A DNA stretch of 64,000 bases, taken from the NCBI GenBank assembly GCA_963710605.1, contig CAVQBA010000006.1, positions 704,001-768,000 on the forward strand, given 5' to 3'. The notes under the pieces were generated by a model that made no database searches, was not told the origin of the DNA, and saw nothing but the letters and a program-made list of their open reading frames with translations. A program made the translations under genes and the position numbers. The stretch comes from an uncultured cyanobacterium (GTDB lineage: Bacteria; Cyanobacteriota; Cyanobacteriia; Cyanobacteriales; Cyanobacteriaceae). This document shows positions 1-10,604 of the stretch, piece after piece; positions within the stretch are counted from its first letter, which is position 1; every line of letters begins with the position of its first letter.

Positions 1-276
1 TTAGGTACTAAATTTGACCATCCTGAAATTAAGCTTTTAAATGGTGGTGTTGTTGAGCATTCTTTGGATATTGATTGGAAGATTATGGAAACTGTCGATA
101 TGGATATTCCTAGCCGACAAATGTTTGCTTGTTTTGCTGAGGCTATGTTACTAGAATTTGAGCAATGGCATACTAATTTTTCTTGGGGCAGAAATCAGAT
201 TACTGTCGAAAAAATGGAACAAATTGGTGGTGCTTCTGTTAAGCATGGTTTTCAACCTTTACTTACTTTTTCTTGA
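1..276 (+). CDS. aar: Long-chain acyl-ACP reductase (alkane pathway), C-terminal part; 5' end lies outside the window
   Basis: Frame from base 1 reads [26 protein letters not shown]...[44 protein letters not shown], matching the cyanobacterial AAR C-terminus. Confidence 0.92.
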   Translation, partial: LGTKFDHPEIKLLNGGVVEHSLDIDWKIMETVDMDIPSRQMFACFAEAMLLEFEQWHTNFSWGRNQITVEKMEQIGGASVKHGFQPLLTFS

Positions 277-604
277 TCATTATAAAAGCACCCGGTGTAA
301 CGCTGATGTTATCGCTGAGTTTGAAGTTGTAAAAAGCTTCTATTTGGTAGGGAGTGGCTCGATCGCCAATATTGTTTGGACTCAGCAGACTTGCTCCCTT
401 ACCTGCGGCTACCCGATGTATAGGTTGTCCTCCCAAAATACCAGCTAAGTTCCCTTCAATAAAGGCATCAGGGAAATAAAAACCAGCCATCCAACTAGTA
501 AGATTGGTATAAGCTGAACCTCCTGTTTCATCTACCATGGTGTAAGCCCCATAAGTCGTAAAGGATATTTTAGGGTTAATACGCCAAGTTAAAGTAGCTC
601 CCAC
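263..604 (-). pseudogene. Isolated fragment of a cyanobacterial carbohydrate-selective/iron-uptake porin (OprB/SomA type)
   Basis: WMAGFYFPDAFIEGNLAGILGGQP and YQIEAFYNFKLSDNISVTPG are porin C-terminal beta-strands; no signal peptide or SLH domain, and the terminal RTTFxF strand is missing; overlaps the aar stop. Confidence 0.75.
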
Positions 605-1060
605 AGAATTATAGTCTTAATTGTCAATAATTTTTACTTAAATAATTCCTTTTTAAATGTTATTTATTACTATTTATTGTTTCAAGCTTAAAATTGGGTA
701 GATTAATTAATACTTACTAGGCTTTAATTTTACTGTGATTAGCTTTGCGTTATTTACTTTTATTAGTAAGTAGAATTATTTATTTAAATCATTATTTTGA
801 CTAGAAATTCCTAATTTATTATTACTGTATAATTGTTTGAGAGCTTCATTTGGAGAATAATTTACTAGTGGCTCGTAATAATGAATAATGGCATTGTGAT
901 TGCTTGTTTGTCTGTTATTATTTGATTCACAATTGGACAAAAACAATTTATTAAAAGAGTAGGAAATAAAAAAATAAAGAATTAGATTGAATCAATAGTA
1001 TCAATTTCCGTTAAAATAAATATTACTATTGACCAACAACTTTTTTGTAGTGATTTATCA

Positions 1061-1381
1061 ATGTCAGCTAATGTAAATATCCTCAAACCTAAAGGAATAT
1101 TAGATAATAATAATACAATTCCGCTACGTAATCAAATCAAAGAATTAATCCAGCAAGGAAATAATGTAATTGCGATCGATTTTAAAAATGTTACTTTTAT
1201 GGATAGTTCGGGATTAGGTATTTTAATTATTATTCGTCGAATGATAGTTGATGATGAAGGGCAATTGTTTTTAATGTCTTTGAATGAACAAGTAAAAATG
1301 TTATTGTTTGAGTTAACTAATACAGGTCAGTTTTTTGAAGTTGTTGCTGATGAAAACGAATTAAACGCTATTTTAGGTTGA
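1061..1381 (+). CDS. STAS-domain anti-sigma-factor antagonist
   Basis: IDFKNVTFMDSSGLG motif with phosphorylatable Ser; 106 aa. Confidence 0.9.
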   Translation: MSANVNILKPKGILDNNNTIPLRNQIKELIQQGNNVIAIDFKNVTFMDSSGLGILIIIRRMIVDDEGQLFLMSLNEQVKMLLFELTNTGQFFEVVADENELNAILG

Positions 1382-1485
1382 CGATTAATTCTCGCAAGAA
1401 AAAAATTAATCGTTGCTTTTCAAAAACAAAGTATTATAAATACCAATTCGGTAAAACTGACTGATCACGATCGTATTAGGGTTAT

Positions 1486-2646
1486 TTATTGTTGATCAAT
1501 AATTTGGATTAAATCGTCTATTTCTGTTTCTGTAGTTAAATAATGTACACAGGCACGGATACAATAAGGATAAACTAATGTCCGTAGATAAAAACCTTTA
1601 TTTTCTAAATTTTGGACCATTTTTTGAGCATCTATTCCTGTACGAGGATAAAAAGAAACTAACCCTGATTGGGGTGGACTATTTTTGACACATTCGATGC
1701 GGGGTAGTTGATCTAACTTAATCCATAAATACTCGCTCAATTGACAAATACGTTGATAACGTTGTTCGATCGTTCCCCATTTTTGATGAATAGCGATCGC
1801 TTCGGTTAAACTAGAAAAAAGAGGATAAGCTGAAGTTGCTACTTCATAACGACGAGCATCTTCATGTAAAGGCATATCAGGTTGACTATAATTTAAACCA
1901 CGCCAACCAATAAAGGTAGCAGGAAATGAAGAGAGTAAATCGCTTCTAACATACAAAAAACCAACTCCACCAGGACCACATAACCATTTATGTCCTGTAC
2001 AACCATAATAATCTACTTCTGAATCAATCAGATCTACAGGTAAACATCCTGCTGATTGCGCACCATCAACTAATACTTGGGTTTGTTTTTCGGCTGAGTT
2101 GTTATGACAGGTTGAGACTATTTCTTTTAAGGGTAAAACTTGCCCTGTATTCCAAAGAATATGACTAATGACAACTAATCTGGTTTTAGGAGTTAGATGA
2201 TTTTTGATTACTTGAATCGGATTACCTTCATTAACTGTGGCAACTATTGGGCAGGTAGAAATTTTGACATCAAAACGACGAGCAATTTCTTCAATGATAG
2301 CAATCACCCCCGGATGTTCGGCATCGGTGAGTAATATTTCATCTCCTGCTTCCCACTTTATACCCCACAAAGCTATGTTACAACTACTGGTTACGTTTTC
2401 AGTTAAAGCGATCGTTTCTGGGGTTACTTTCATTTCATCAGCGATCGCTTTTTTCGTATCCTGAATATTTTCCATTACCCAAGTATTGATTTTTAGACCA
2501 AAAGGACCTACTTTATCGATATATTGATAAGTATCGATCATTTTTCCGAAGGCAGATTTAGGTAAAATTCCTTGCCCACCAAAATTGAAATAATGTTTAT
2601 CTTTTAAACCTAAAAATTCTTCTCGGTGTTGTTGTAAATCAGACAT
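1486..2646 (-). CDS. Class V PLP-dependent aminotransferase (cysteine/cystine lyase, C-DES-like)
   Basis: YFNFGGQG, VDGAQSAG and TGHKWLCGP (PLP lysine) motifs. Confidence 0.88.
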   Translation of the reverse strand: MSDLQQHREEFLGLKDKHYFNFGGQGILPKSAFGKMIDTYQYIDKVGPFGLKINTWVMENIQDTKKAIADEMKVTPETIALTENVTSSCNIALWGIKWEAGDEILLTDAEHPGVIAIIEEIARRFDVKISTCPIVATVNEGNPIQVIKNHLTPKTRLVVISHILWNTGQVLPLKEIVSTCHNNSAEKQTQVLVDGAQSAGCLPVDLIDSEVDYYGCTGHKWLCGPGGVGFLYVRSDLLSSFPATFIGWRGLNYSQPDMPLHEDARRYEVATSAYPLFSSLTEAIAIHQKWGTIEQRYQRICQLSEYLWIKLDQLPRIECVKNSPPQSGLVSFYPRTGIDAQKMVQNLENKGFYLRTLVYPYCIRACVHYLTTETEIDDLIQIIDQQ

Positions 2647-2647
2647 A

Positions 2648-2682
2648 AATAGTTAATAGTTAATAGTTAATAGTTAATAGTT
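2648..2682. repeat. Heptamer short tandem repeat (AATAGTT)n
   Basis: About 5 tandem copies just upstream of the aminotransferase start. Confidence 0.9.
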
Positions 2683-2961
2683 GAGAGTTATTTTAAGTAG
2701 CGATGAAACAATTTGTCGTTTAGAATCTTAGTTTAATTTATTAAACGATATCTATTAGCCTTGTTAATTCATTGCAAGGCGGTTTTAATATTCAAATTTT
2801 TCCTATTCATATTAATGTCTCATCTCGTTATCAAAATAAGGATAACAACTAATGCAATATAAAAAAGCCCAGAAATATAATTAAAATAATAACTATATTT
2901 TACTGAGCATTAAACAATATTGAGAACTATAGTCCTAACTACAATACTTCTTACTTCTTAA

Positions 2962-4410
2962 TTATTTGGTAATGGCTTCGCCACGACGATATAATTCACG
3001 AGCATAATCTGTCCATGTGCCTTGCCCCCAGTAACGGAAACAGCTAGTTTCGACAAGCAGGTTATAAAGAAGGGCTTCTTTGTAATCGTTTCGTTGTGTT
3101 ATGCTAGGATCTTCGGCTACAAGACGATCGAATTTTTGATGAAACATTGCACTTAACTTGTTCATCGGCTCAAGAACGTTTTCATACCCTTGTACCCAGC
3201 TTAAATCATTTGTCCATGATGCACCATCAGTATGGAATTGATGATCGTTTTCTTGTAAATCAGCGATCGCTTTTTCCACATTTTCAGTCGTAACTGTATC
3301 ACCAACTTTAGCCCAAATTTTATGTTGCCCTATAGGTTGACAAACAGGATAGTCTTCTTCTTTTACTCCCGCCTCTTCTAATAACTCTAAATATTCAGTG
3401 CCATTAAAACCAACAGTGCCACCACCGTTTTTAATTTCGTGCCAAACCCGATTATAACCACCGGGGAATTCATTCATCATTACCCCACCGTTTTCACCAT
3501 CAGCAATCTGACTAACACAAGAAGGAACAGAAATACCACCGATTTCTTGTCTGCCTCTACCCTTAGCTTCATAATAAGGTTGCATTTGAGCCACTAATTT
3601 AGTATCTGAGCCTTGAGTCTTAATTAATGCTGTAATACTAATAGTATCGCCATGGGAATTTTTAGCCACCAAACGATTAGGAATATATTTATTATCATGG
3701 TGTAACCCCAAGCCATCAATTTGTTCAACTGAATGCTCTTGTACTAACAACCAACGATAGCCACATTCTTTTAAAGCTTTGATATATTCATAGAAAGTAT
3801 CAGGATGATTGGGCATATGCATTTCTGGTGGTGAAAAACCCTTGACTCGACGTAATGCCTCTTCGCCAAACAGGGATAAAAATTGATGTTGCCATGCCAG
3901 AATATGTAACTTAAGATCAGGTATAGGAGTAGAAGAAGCCACAGCATGAGACCACATTGTACCTAACCATTCTACATTAGCAAAGTAACGTCGATCGCAA
4001 GTAATTTTCTTCAGATTATCAAGAATATCATGACGATTCATTTGCTCGAATCCCCAAAGTAAATTACCTGAATAATCCAACATGATACGAGGATTACAAC
4101 CGTTGTTAACTAATTCGGGGATAAATTCTCCCATACGTTTGTAACACCAAGCAAAAGGGTCAGCATTATGATTATCACCTTCATTCGGGTTTTCATACAT
4201 ATGTTGTAGATTACAAATTAAACTACCATCATGTCCTGCGGGAATAGTTGGTTGGTGCATATGTAATGCAGAAGCAAAACCTGAATTAATATTATCTAGA
4301 TTTAGGTTTGTATAGGGTAAAAATACACGATCGTTATGATTAACTATCTTTGATATCTTATCTTCTAAACCGCTAATTGGCGGTATGTTTACTATTGTTT
4401 GTGTTGACAT
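2962..4410 (-). CDS. Glycoside hydrolase family 57 protein
   Basis: ALHMHQP N-terminal motif, GFSPPEM and DGENGG; conserved cyanobacterial GH57 type. Confidence 0.85.
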   Translation of the reverse strand: MSTQTIVNIPPISGLEDKISKIVNHNDRVFLPYTNLNLDNINSGFASALHMHQPTIPAGHDGSLICNLQHMYENPNEGDNHNADPFAWCYKRMGEFIPELVNNGCNPRIMLDYSGNLLWGFEQMNRHDILDNLKKITCDRRYFANVEWLGTMWSHAVASSTPIPDLKLHILAWQHQFLSLFGEEALRRVKGFSPPEMHMPNHPDTFYEYIKALKECGYRWLLVQEHSVEQIDGLGLHHDNKYIPNRLVAKNSHGDTISITALIKTQGSDTKLVAQMQPYYEAKGRGRQEIGGISVPSCVSQIADGENGGVMMNEFPGGYNRVWHEIKNGGGTVGFNGTEYLELLEEAGVKEEDYPVCQPIGQHKIWAKVGDTVTTENVEKAIADLQENDHQFHTDGASWTNDLSWVQGYENVLEPMNKLSAMFHQKFDRLVAEDPSITQRNDYKEALLYNLLVETSCFRYWGQGTWTDYARELYRRGEAITK

Positions 4411-4978
4411 TAATTCTCCTTTTGTAATAAGTAAAGCAAAAACTATACTCTTTTTTGTAGTGATAATTTAGGAATAATAAATATTGCCAAAAACTAGCTT
4501 TTTCTTCTTTTTATATTATCTTAATTATCTCAGTGCTTCTTTTAATAAATAGTAAGTTATTTAAAGTTATTTTAATTATTTTTAAGTAAACTTAATCTTA
4601 TGATTATTTCAAGATTTAGTTTTTTAGACAAAACTTAATCTCAATAGAAAAATCGATCGAGATTGTTAGCAAGATATAATCTGTTAAAGTAATCTTTACT
4701 ATAATCTGTCAAAATAATTAGTTTTCCTGAAGAAATTATCCAGAAAAATAAACGAAATGTGTATTAAACATCTCCCATAATTATCGTCAAAATATGGTAA
4801 ATACTTTTTTTAAACAGAAGCTTTAGACGACATAAAATTAGTTGATACCGAAAGTTTATTCTCCTAAACAAATCTATCTTATTACAAATGTCGATAAAGG
4901 ATGAAACACGTGCTAAACTACTGCTGTTAAAGATTGGTAGTTAACATTAACTTTAAAATCAGTTTAATCTAGTCACAA

Positions 4979-6748
4979 ATGAGAACAATAAAAATATTTG
5001 ACAACTTTTATCGCCATAAATTTTGGTTTTGGTTTGGTCTTAGTTGTGCCTTTTGCTTATACTATGGCTTAATGTCTTTTTATCATGTATCTATTCCTGA
5101 TTATATAATTCAAGATGATGCCAGACAGCATGTTGTTTGGCTACAAAAATTTAGTGATGCTGAACTTTTTCCTAATGATTTGCTTGCTGATTATTATTTA
5201 GGTATTGCCCCATTAGGTTACAAAGCACTGTATTTTTTAGTTGCCAAAATAGGAATTCAACCTTTAGTTTTTGCGAAAATATTGCCGATAGTTTTAGGGT
5301 TAATAACTACTATTTATTTATTTTTATTTACTTTTGAAATATTTCCTTTTCCTTTCGGTTCATTTATAGTTACTTTATCTTTCAATCAGATTATTTGGCC
5401 AGAAGATAATTTAATTTCAGCAACACCGAGAGCTTTTCTTTATCCAATTCTTGCCGCATTTTTATACTATCTTAGTACTAAAAAAATAATTCCTTGTGTA
5501 ATAGTTATGCTTCTTCAAGGGATATTTTATCCTCAAACACTTTTAGTCGAAAATTCTATCTTATTCTTAAACTTATTTTATTTTAATCGACAGAATAAAC
5601 TTAGTTTAACTAATGATAAAAAAAAGCGTATTTTATTTTTTGCTAGTATTTTAGTTACTTTAATTATCGCTGTTTTATTACAGATAAAATCGCCAGAATC
5701 TCAAGATTTTGTTAGTTTAGCGAATATGAAGCAAATGCCAGAATTTAATCTTTATGGAAGAAATGAGTATTTTGGACATAATGCAATGTTTTTCTGGTTT
5801 GAAGGACGAAGTGGTATAAATATACCTTTTTTCCCACGAGAAGCTTGGATTTACAATACATTAGTTATCTTTTTGCCGATAATGGTTTGGTGTAGTCTTG
5901 TTTTACCTTTCTTACTAATTAAAAAAATAGGAATTACTAAATTAGTTACTAAAAATATTTTTATTTTAAGACATATTTTAATTGGTTCTTTTTCGTTATT
6001 TTTTATCGCCCATCTAGTCTTTCCCAAATTATATTTACCTAGTCGTTATACTTATCATAGTTCACGTTTTGTTATTGCTATTGCTTTTGGAATTATAGTA
6101 ACAACAATGATTGATTTGAGTTATACTTGGTTGAAAAAAAGATTAGAAAATAAACAACAAAACCGTTTACGAGAGAAAAGTTTAACTGGTTTGATTAGTT
6201 TATTTTTAGCTATTACGATTATTTTTCCTTTTATTTTTCCTGCTTTTATCAACTGGCATCGTCATTGGGAAATAGGAACACAAAAACCTATTTATCAGTT
6301 TTTAGCTCAACAACCTAAAGATATTTTAATCGCTTCAATTACTCCTGAAACCGAGAGCTTACCAGCTTTTACTCAACGATCGATTTTATTTGGTCGAGAA
6401 TTATCGATCGCTTATCATCCTCAATATTATAATCAAATAATCACCAGAGTAACCGATCTACTTAATGCCTTATACACAGATAATTACGAAGAAATGACCG
6501 CAGTTATTAATAAATACGATATAGATTATTTATTATTAGAAGACAATACTTTTTCGGCTGAATATTTAGAAAAAAGTAGTAAAGGTTGGTATGTTTACGG
6601 TTCTTGGCAAGACACTACTAAACAAATAATTACTGAATTAAATCAAGGAAAAACACCTGTTTTAACTAAGTATATAGAATCATGTAAAGTTGAATCTAGT
6701 AATAGCTTATATTTGTTAGATACTTCATGTATTTTAGAAAATAAATAA
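4979..6748 (+). CDS. Polytopic membrane protein, probable GT-C-type glycosyltransferase
   Basis: About 11-12 hydrophobic segments, IQDDARQH acidic motif in the first loop, soluble C-terminal domain; next to a GT2 gene. Confidence 0.6.
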   Translation: MRTIKIFDNFYRHKFWFWFGLSCAFCLYYGLMSFYHVSIPDYIIQDDARQHVVWLQKFSDAELFPNDLLADYYLGIAPLGYKALYFLVAKIGIQPLVFAKILPIVLGLITTIYLFLFTFEIFPFPFGSFIVTLSFNQIIWPEDNLISATPRAFLYPILAAFLYYLSTKKIIPCVIVMLLQGIFYPQTLLVENSILFLNLFYFNRQNKLSLTNDKKKRILFFASILVTLIIAVLLQIKSPESQDFVSLANMKQMPEFNLYGRNEYFGHNAMFFWFEGRSGINIPFFPREAWIYNTLVIFLPIMVWCSLVLPFLLIKKIGITKLVTKNIFILRHILIGSFSLFFIAHLVFPKLYLPSRYTYHSSRFVIAIAFGIIVTTMIDLSYTWLKKRLENKQQNRLREKSLTGLISLFLAITIIFPFIFPAFINWHRHWEIGTQKPIYQFLAQQPKDILIASITPETESLPAFTQRSILFGRELSIAYHPQYYNQIITRVTDLLNALYTDNYEEMTAVINKYDIDYLLLEDNTFSAEYLEKSSKGWYVYGSWQDTTKQIITELNQGKTPVLTKYIESCKVESSNSLYLLDTSCILENK

Positions 6749-6811
6749 TTAACGATCGATCGTACAGTAAACAGATAAAGTTAGTCTGATATTTAATTGT
6801 CAATTATTTAT

Positions 6812-6854
6812 CCTGAGCAGTTCGACAGGCTCACTGTATCACGTTAGTCGAAGT
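6812..6854. repeat. REP-like TTCGAC..GCTCA family element with a nested second copy
   Basis: CTGAGC[AGTTCGACAGGCTCACTGTATCAC]GTTAGTCGAAGT; related copies at 36686 and 49926. Confidence 0.65.
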
Positions 6855-6875
6855 ATCAATTATCAATTATTAATT

Positions 6876-7754
6876 ATGAATCTTGAAAACACTGAAAGTT
6901 TATTTCCATTTTCGATCGTTATTCCTATTTACAACGAAGAGAATAGTATAACTTCAACAATAGATCAACTTCATCAAGTAATGAGAGAGGCTCAGTGTGA
7001 ATATGAAATAATTGTAGTTAATGATGGTTCAACAGACAATAGTCAAAAAGTTTTAGCAATTAGAAATGATATTAGACTTATTTTACATCGCAAAAATAGA
7101 GGTTATGGGGCGGCATTAAAAACAGGAATTAGTCAGGCAACATATCCATTAATTGTAATTACTGATGGTGACGGCACTTATCCTAACCACATGATTCCTT
7201 ATTTAGTCAGTATGAGCCGAGATGCTGATATGGTGGTAGGCTCAAGAACAGGTGAGAATGTAACTTATTCTAATTTACGTAAGATACCCAAATGGTTTTT
7301 AGTTCGTTTTGCGGAGTGGGTGACAGATACAAATATACCTGATATGAATAGCGGATTGCGAGTTATACGAAAAACAGAAGTAGAAAAATTCAAAAAAATT
7401 CTTCCTAATGCTTTTAGTTTTACCACGACAATAACAGTTGCCTTACTCACTAATGGATATATTGTTAATTATGTACCGATTGATTATTATCATCGAGAAG
7501 GTAAAAGTAAAATTAAACCAATTCGAGATACTTTACATTTTGTTCAGTTAATTCTACGTACAGGGCTTTATTTTGCACCATTGAGAATCTTTTTACCCAT
7601 TTCAGGATTCTTTTTTAGTCTTTTTCTGTTTACTTTATATCGAGATATTGTTTTAAGACAAGATTTGACAGATAGAACATTAATATTACTGATTGCTTCT
7701 AGTCAAACTATCTTGTTAGCATTGATAGCGGATATGTTGGATAAAAGAACTTAA
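6876..7754 (+). CDS. GT2 glycosyltransferase (polyprenol-phosphate type) with C-terminal TM helices
   Basis: IVIPIYNEE, VNDGSTD, NRGYGAALKTG and DGDGTY motifs. Confidence 0.9.
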   Translation: MNLENTESLFPFSIVIPIYNEENSITSTIDQLHQVMREAQCEYEIIVVNDGSTDNSQKVLAIRNDIRLILHRKNRGYGAALKTGISQATYPLIVITDGDGTYPNHMIPYLVSMSRDADMVVGSRTGENVTYSNLRKIPKWFLVRFAEWVTDTNIPDMNSGLRVIRKTEVEKFKKILPNAFSFTTTITVALLTNGYIVNYVPIDYYHREGKSKIKPIRDTLHFVQLILRTGLYFAPLRIFLPISGFFFSLFLFTLYRDIVLRQDLTDRTLILLIASSQTILLALIADMLDKRT

Positions 7755-7800
7755 AGTTAATTTTTATCTTAGTATATAAAAACTAAAATGTTGTCATTAC

Positions 7801-7980
7801 AAATCGCCTTACAATAAATTGACAAGGCTAATAGATAACGTTCATTAAAATGAACTAATTACTTTTCTATTCTAAATTCTGGATGAAATTATAGTGGTTT
7901 AAAATAAAAAATTTTTTGTATTTGATTTTAGTTCAATTCATTGAACGACATTTATTAGCCGTATAATTCATTACACGGTG
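7801..7980. repeat. Inverted pair of double-hairpin REP-like units (TTAGCC family)
   Basis: 7801-7858 and 7927-7980 are approximate inverted copies; similar units at about 2728, 18551, 27545, 49862 and 58940. Confidence 0.6.
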
Positions 7981-8124
7981 GGTATTGGACTTATATCGGG
8001 AATTTGATTACTTACTTTCTGTGTAATCAAGTTATCAGCTTTGGATTTTTCACAACTGTATTTTCTGGGTGATACAGAAAAGGTATAATACTCATCGATA
8101 CTTATAAGAAAAATTGTATTATAA

Positions 8125-9007
8125 ATGACTAAAACGGCATGGGTATTCCCAGGGCAAGGCTCACAAACACCAGGAATGGAAGTAGATTTACTCGAATCTA
8201 GCATCGCTCAAGAAAAATTTAAACAAGCCGAAGAAATTTTGGGTTGGAGTGTAATCGAAAAATGTCAGGCAGATGAAGAGACATTATCTCAGACTCAATA
8301 TACCCAACCTTGTTTATATACGATCGAATCTATTTTAATCGATTTACTAAACGACAAAGGGAAAAAACCTGATTTAGTTGCCGGGCATAGTTTAGGTGAA
8401 TATGTCGCCTTATACGCCGCAGGTGTTTATGATTTTGCTACAGGTTTAAAACTCGTACAACGTCGTGGTGAATTGATGAGTCAAGCTGAAGGTGGCAAGA
8501 TGGTAGCCTTGATGAAATTTAAACGAGATATTCTAGAAACTACTATTAATCAAGCTGAAAATGTCGTCATTGCTAATGATAACAGTGATGGGCAAGTCGT
8601 AATTTCAGGTGAGGATGGTGCGGTGGATGAGGTAGTTGAAGCAGTTAACCCTAAATTGAAAGTACCGTTAAAAGTTTCGGGGGCGTTTCATTCTCCTTTG
8701 ATGGCAACAGCGGCGGCAGAATTTGCTTTGATGTTAGATGCGGTTGAGTTTAACGAGGCGACAATTCCTGTTTTAGCTAATGTTGATCCTACACCAACGA
8801 TCGATTCTGAACAAATTAAAACTAGATTAAAACAACAAATGACAGGCGGAGTACGTTGGCGTGAGATTATGTTACGTTTACCTCAAGAATCTGTTACTAG
8901 TGTAGTAGAAATAGGCACCGGGTAAAGTTTTAAGTGGTTTACTAAAACGTACTGTCAAGGAATTAGAATTATCTCAAGTCGGAAGCATCGAAGCAGTTGA
9001 TAGTTGA
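8125..9007 (+). CDS. fabD: Malonyl CoA-ACP transacylase; +1 frameshift near 8920
   Basis: FPGQGSQ, GHSLGEY and VSGAFHS; after EIGTG the shifted frame continues KVLSGLLKRTVKELELSQVGSIEAVDS*. Confidence 0.93.
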
Positions 9008-9085
9008 TAAACGTCTGTATTTAAAAGTCTCATTTTTAAATGCCTTAAAATATAATTGATAGTGATGTGATGTAATAGATAGTTT

Positions 9086-10267
9086 ATGACTACTGAAAAA
9101 GAAAGAATATATTGGTTAGCATGGTCGAAGATAAGAGGTTTAGGCCCTGTTTCACTCAAAAAAATCTATAATCATTTTGGTAGTCTAGAAAAGGCTTGGT
9201 ATTGTGCGGATAATCAATATTTACAAGTAGATGGTATAGGTAAAAAAAGTCTAGTCTCTTTGGTTGAAGAAAAAGCGAAAATTGAGCCTGAAAAACTATT
9301 TATTCAACATCAACAACAAAATCCTCATTTTTGTACTCCTAGTGATGCCGAATACCCGCAATTGTTATTAGAAATACCTAGTACTCCTGCGGTGTTATAT
9401 TATACTGGTGATTTAAAATTAGCTCAAACCGAAGGAGTCAATCATCTAATAGGGATTGTTGGGACAAGAAATCCGACCGAACATGGTCGTAGATGGACTT
9501 ATAATATCAGTCAGGCATTAGCAAAAAGTGGTTTGACGATCGTTTCTGGTTTGGCTAAAGGTATTGATACTGTCGCTCATCGTGCTTGTTTAGATGTTGG
9601 TGGAAAAACGATCGCTGTTTTAGGAAATGGACTCGATCGAGCTTATCCTTATCAAAACAAGAAATTAATGGCAGAAATAGCTGAAAAAGGGCTTATACTG
9701 ACAGAATATGAATATGGTAGTACCCCCGAAAGAGGAAACTTTCCTGCTCGTAATCGAATTGTAGCAGGGTTATCTAGAGCAGTATTAGTAATGGAAGCAC
9801 CAGAAAAATCAGGGGCATTAATTACCGCCCGTTATGCTAATGAATTTAATCGAGATGTATATACTTTACCTAATACTCCAGATAATTTACAAGCTAGAGG
9901 ATGTTTGAAGTTGATTCATAAAGGTGCAGAAGTTATTATCACTGAAGAAGAATTATTATCTAGTTTGGGTGATATTCCTAGTTTGACTCCTTCTGCTTCA
10001 CAACAATTATCTTTATTTAATTCGACTAACGAAACGACTAGCCAAACAACAACTGAATCTATACCTACGCCAACTAAATCAAATCGTCCTGATTTACAAC
10101 CGCCTTTTGCTACAGTCTATAATGCGATCGCTTCATCTCCAACTTCATTAGATACCATCGTCAATAATTCGGGATTAAATGCACCTGAAGTATCGGCTAT
10201 TCTATTGCAATTAGAGTTAGATAGTCTTGTGACTCAATTACCCGGAATGATGTACAAAATCAATTGA
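9086..10267 (+). CDS. dprA: DNA-processing protein DprA
   Basis: IVGTR, VSGLAKGID, FPARNRIVAGLS and SGALITA motifs; C-terminal winged helix. Confidence 0.95.
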   Translation: MTTEKERIYWLAWSKIRGLGPVSLKKIYNHFGSLEKAWYCADNQYLQVDGIGKKSLVSLVEEKAKIEPEKLFIQHQQQNPHFCTPSDAEYPQLLLEIPSTPAVLYYTGDLKLAQTEGVNHLIGIVGTRNPTEHGRRWTYNISQALAKSGLTIVSGLAKGIDTVAHRACLDVGGKTIAVLGNGLDRAYPYQNKKLMAEIAEKGLILTEYEYGSTPERGNFPARNRIVAGLSRAVLVMEAPEKSGALITARYANEFNRDVYTLPNTPDNLQARGCLKLIHKGAEVIITEEELLSSLGDIPSLTPSASQQLSLFNSTNETTSQTTTESIPTPTKSNRPDLQPPFATVYNAIASSPTSLDTIVNNSGLNAPEVSAILLQLELDSLVTQLPGMMYKIN

Positions 10268-10272
10268 TAATT

Positions 10273-10373
10273 GCGGTGGAAGCCCGCGTCGGCGAAAGAC
10301 GCAAGCGGTCAGAACCCGCGACGACTATAAGTCGCAAGGGAAGGCTGACCAAGACGGGAATGTCCACCAAGAC
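10273..10373 (+). mobile_element. ~50-bp structured mini-element with a second copy (10305-10355) nested inside it
   Basis: Outer GCGGTGGA...TCCACCAAGAC and inner GCGGTCAG...CTGACCAAGAC; third family member at 41050-41102 on the minus strand. Confidence 0.8.
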
Positions 10374-10604
10374 GAGAATTGAGAATTGATAATTAAAATT
10401 GTAGCAATAGTATTGTTTAATATCAGTTAACGCTCCGATTCTATTTGTAATCATGTGATACTCAAAAACAGTCGATTGAGGAAAACTTCTCCTCTCTCTT
10501 GAATTGATTTATAGCCTCAAACAAATAAATTCCTCTGTGTACTCTGCGACCTCTGCGGTTAATAATACGATAAAGTATAAAGACTCTAACCAATCCATTA
10601 AGTA

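Noticed and set aside
158-448. 96-aa plus-strand ORF
   Set aside because: Out of frame with aar and antisense to the porin fragment; no recognisable motif
10260-10454. 64-aa minus-strand ORF
   Set aside because: Chance frame through the nested mini-element and heptamer repeats
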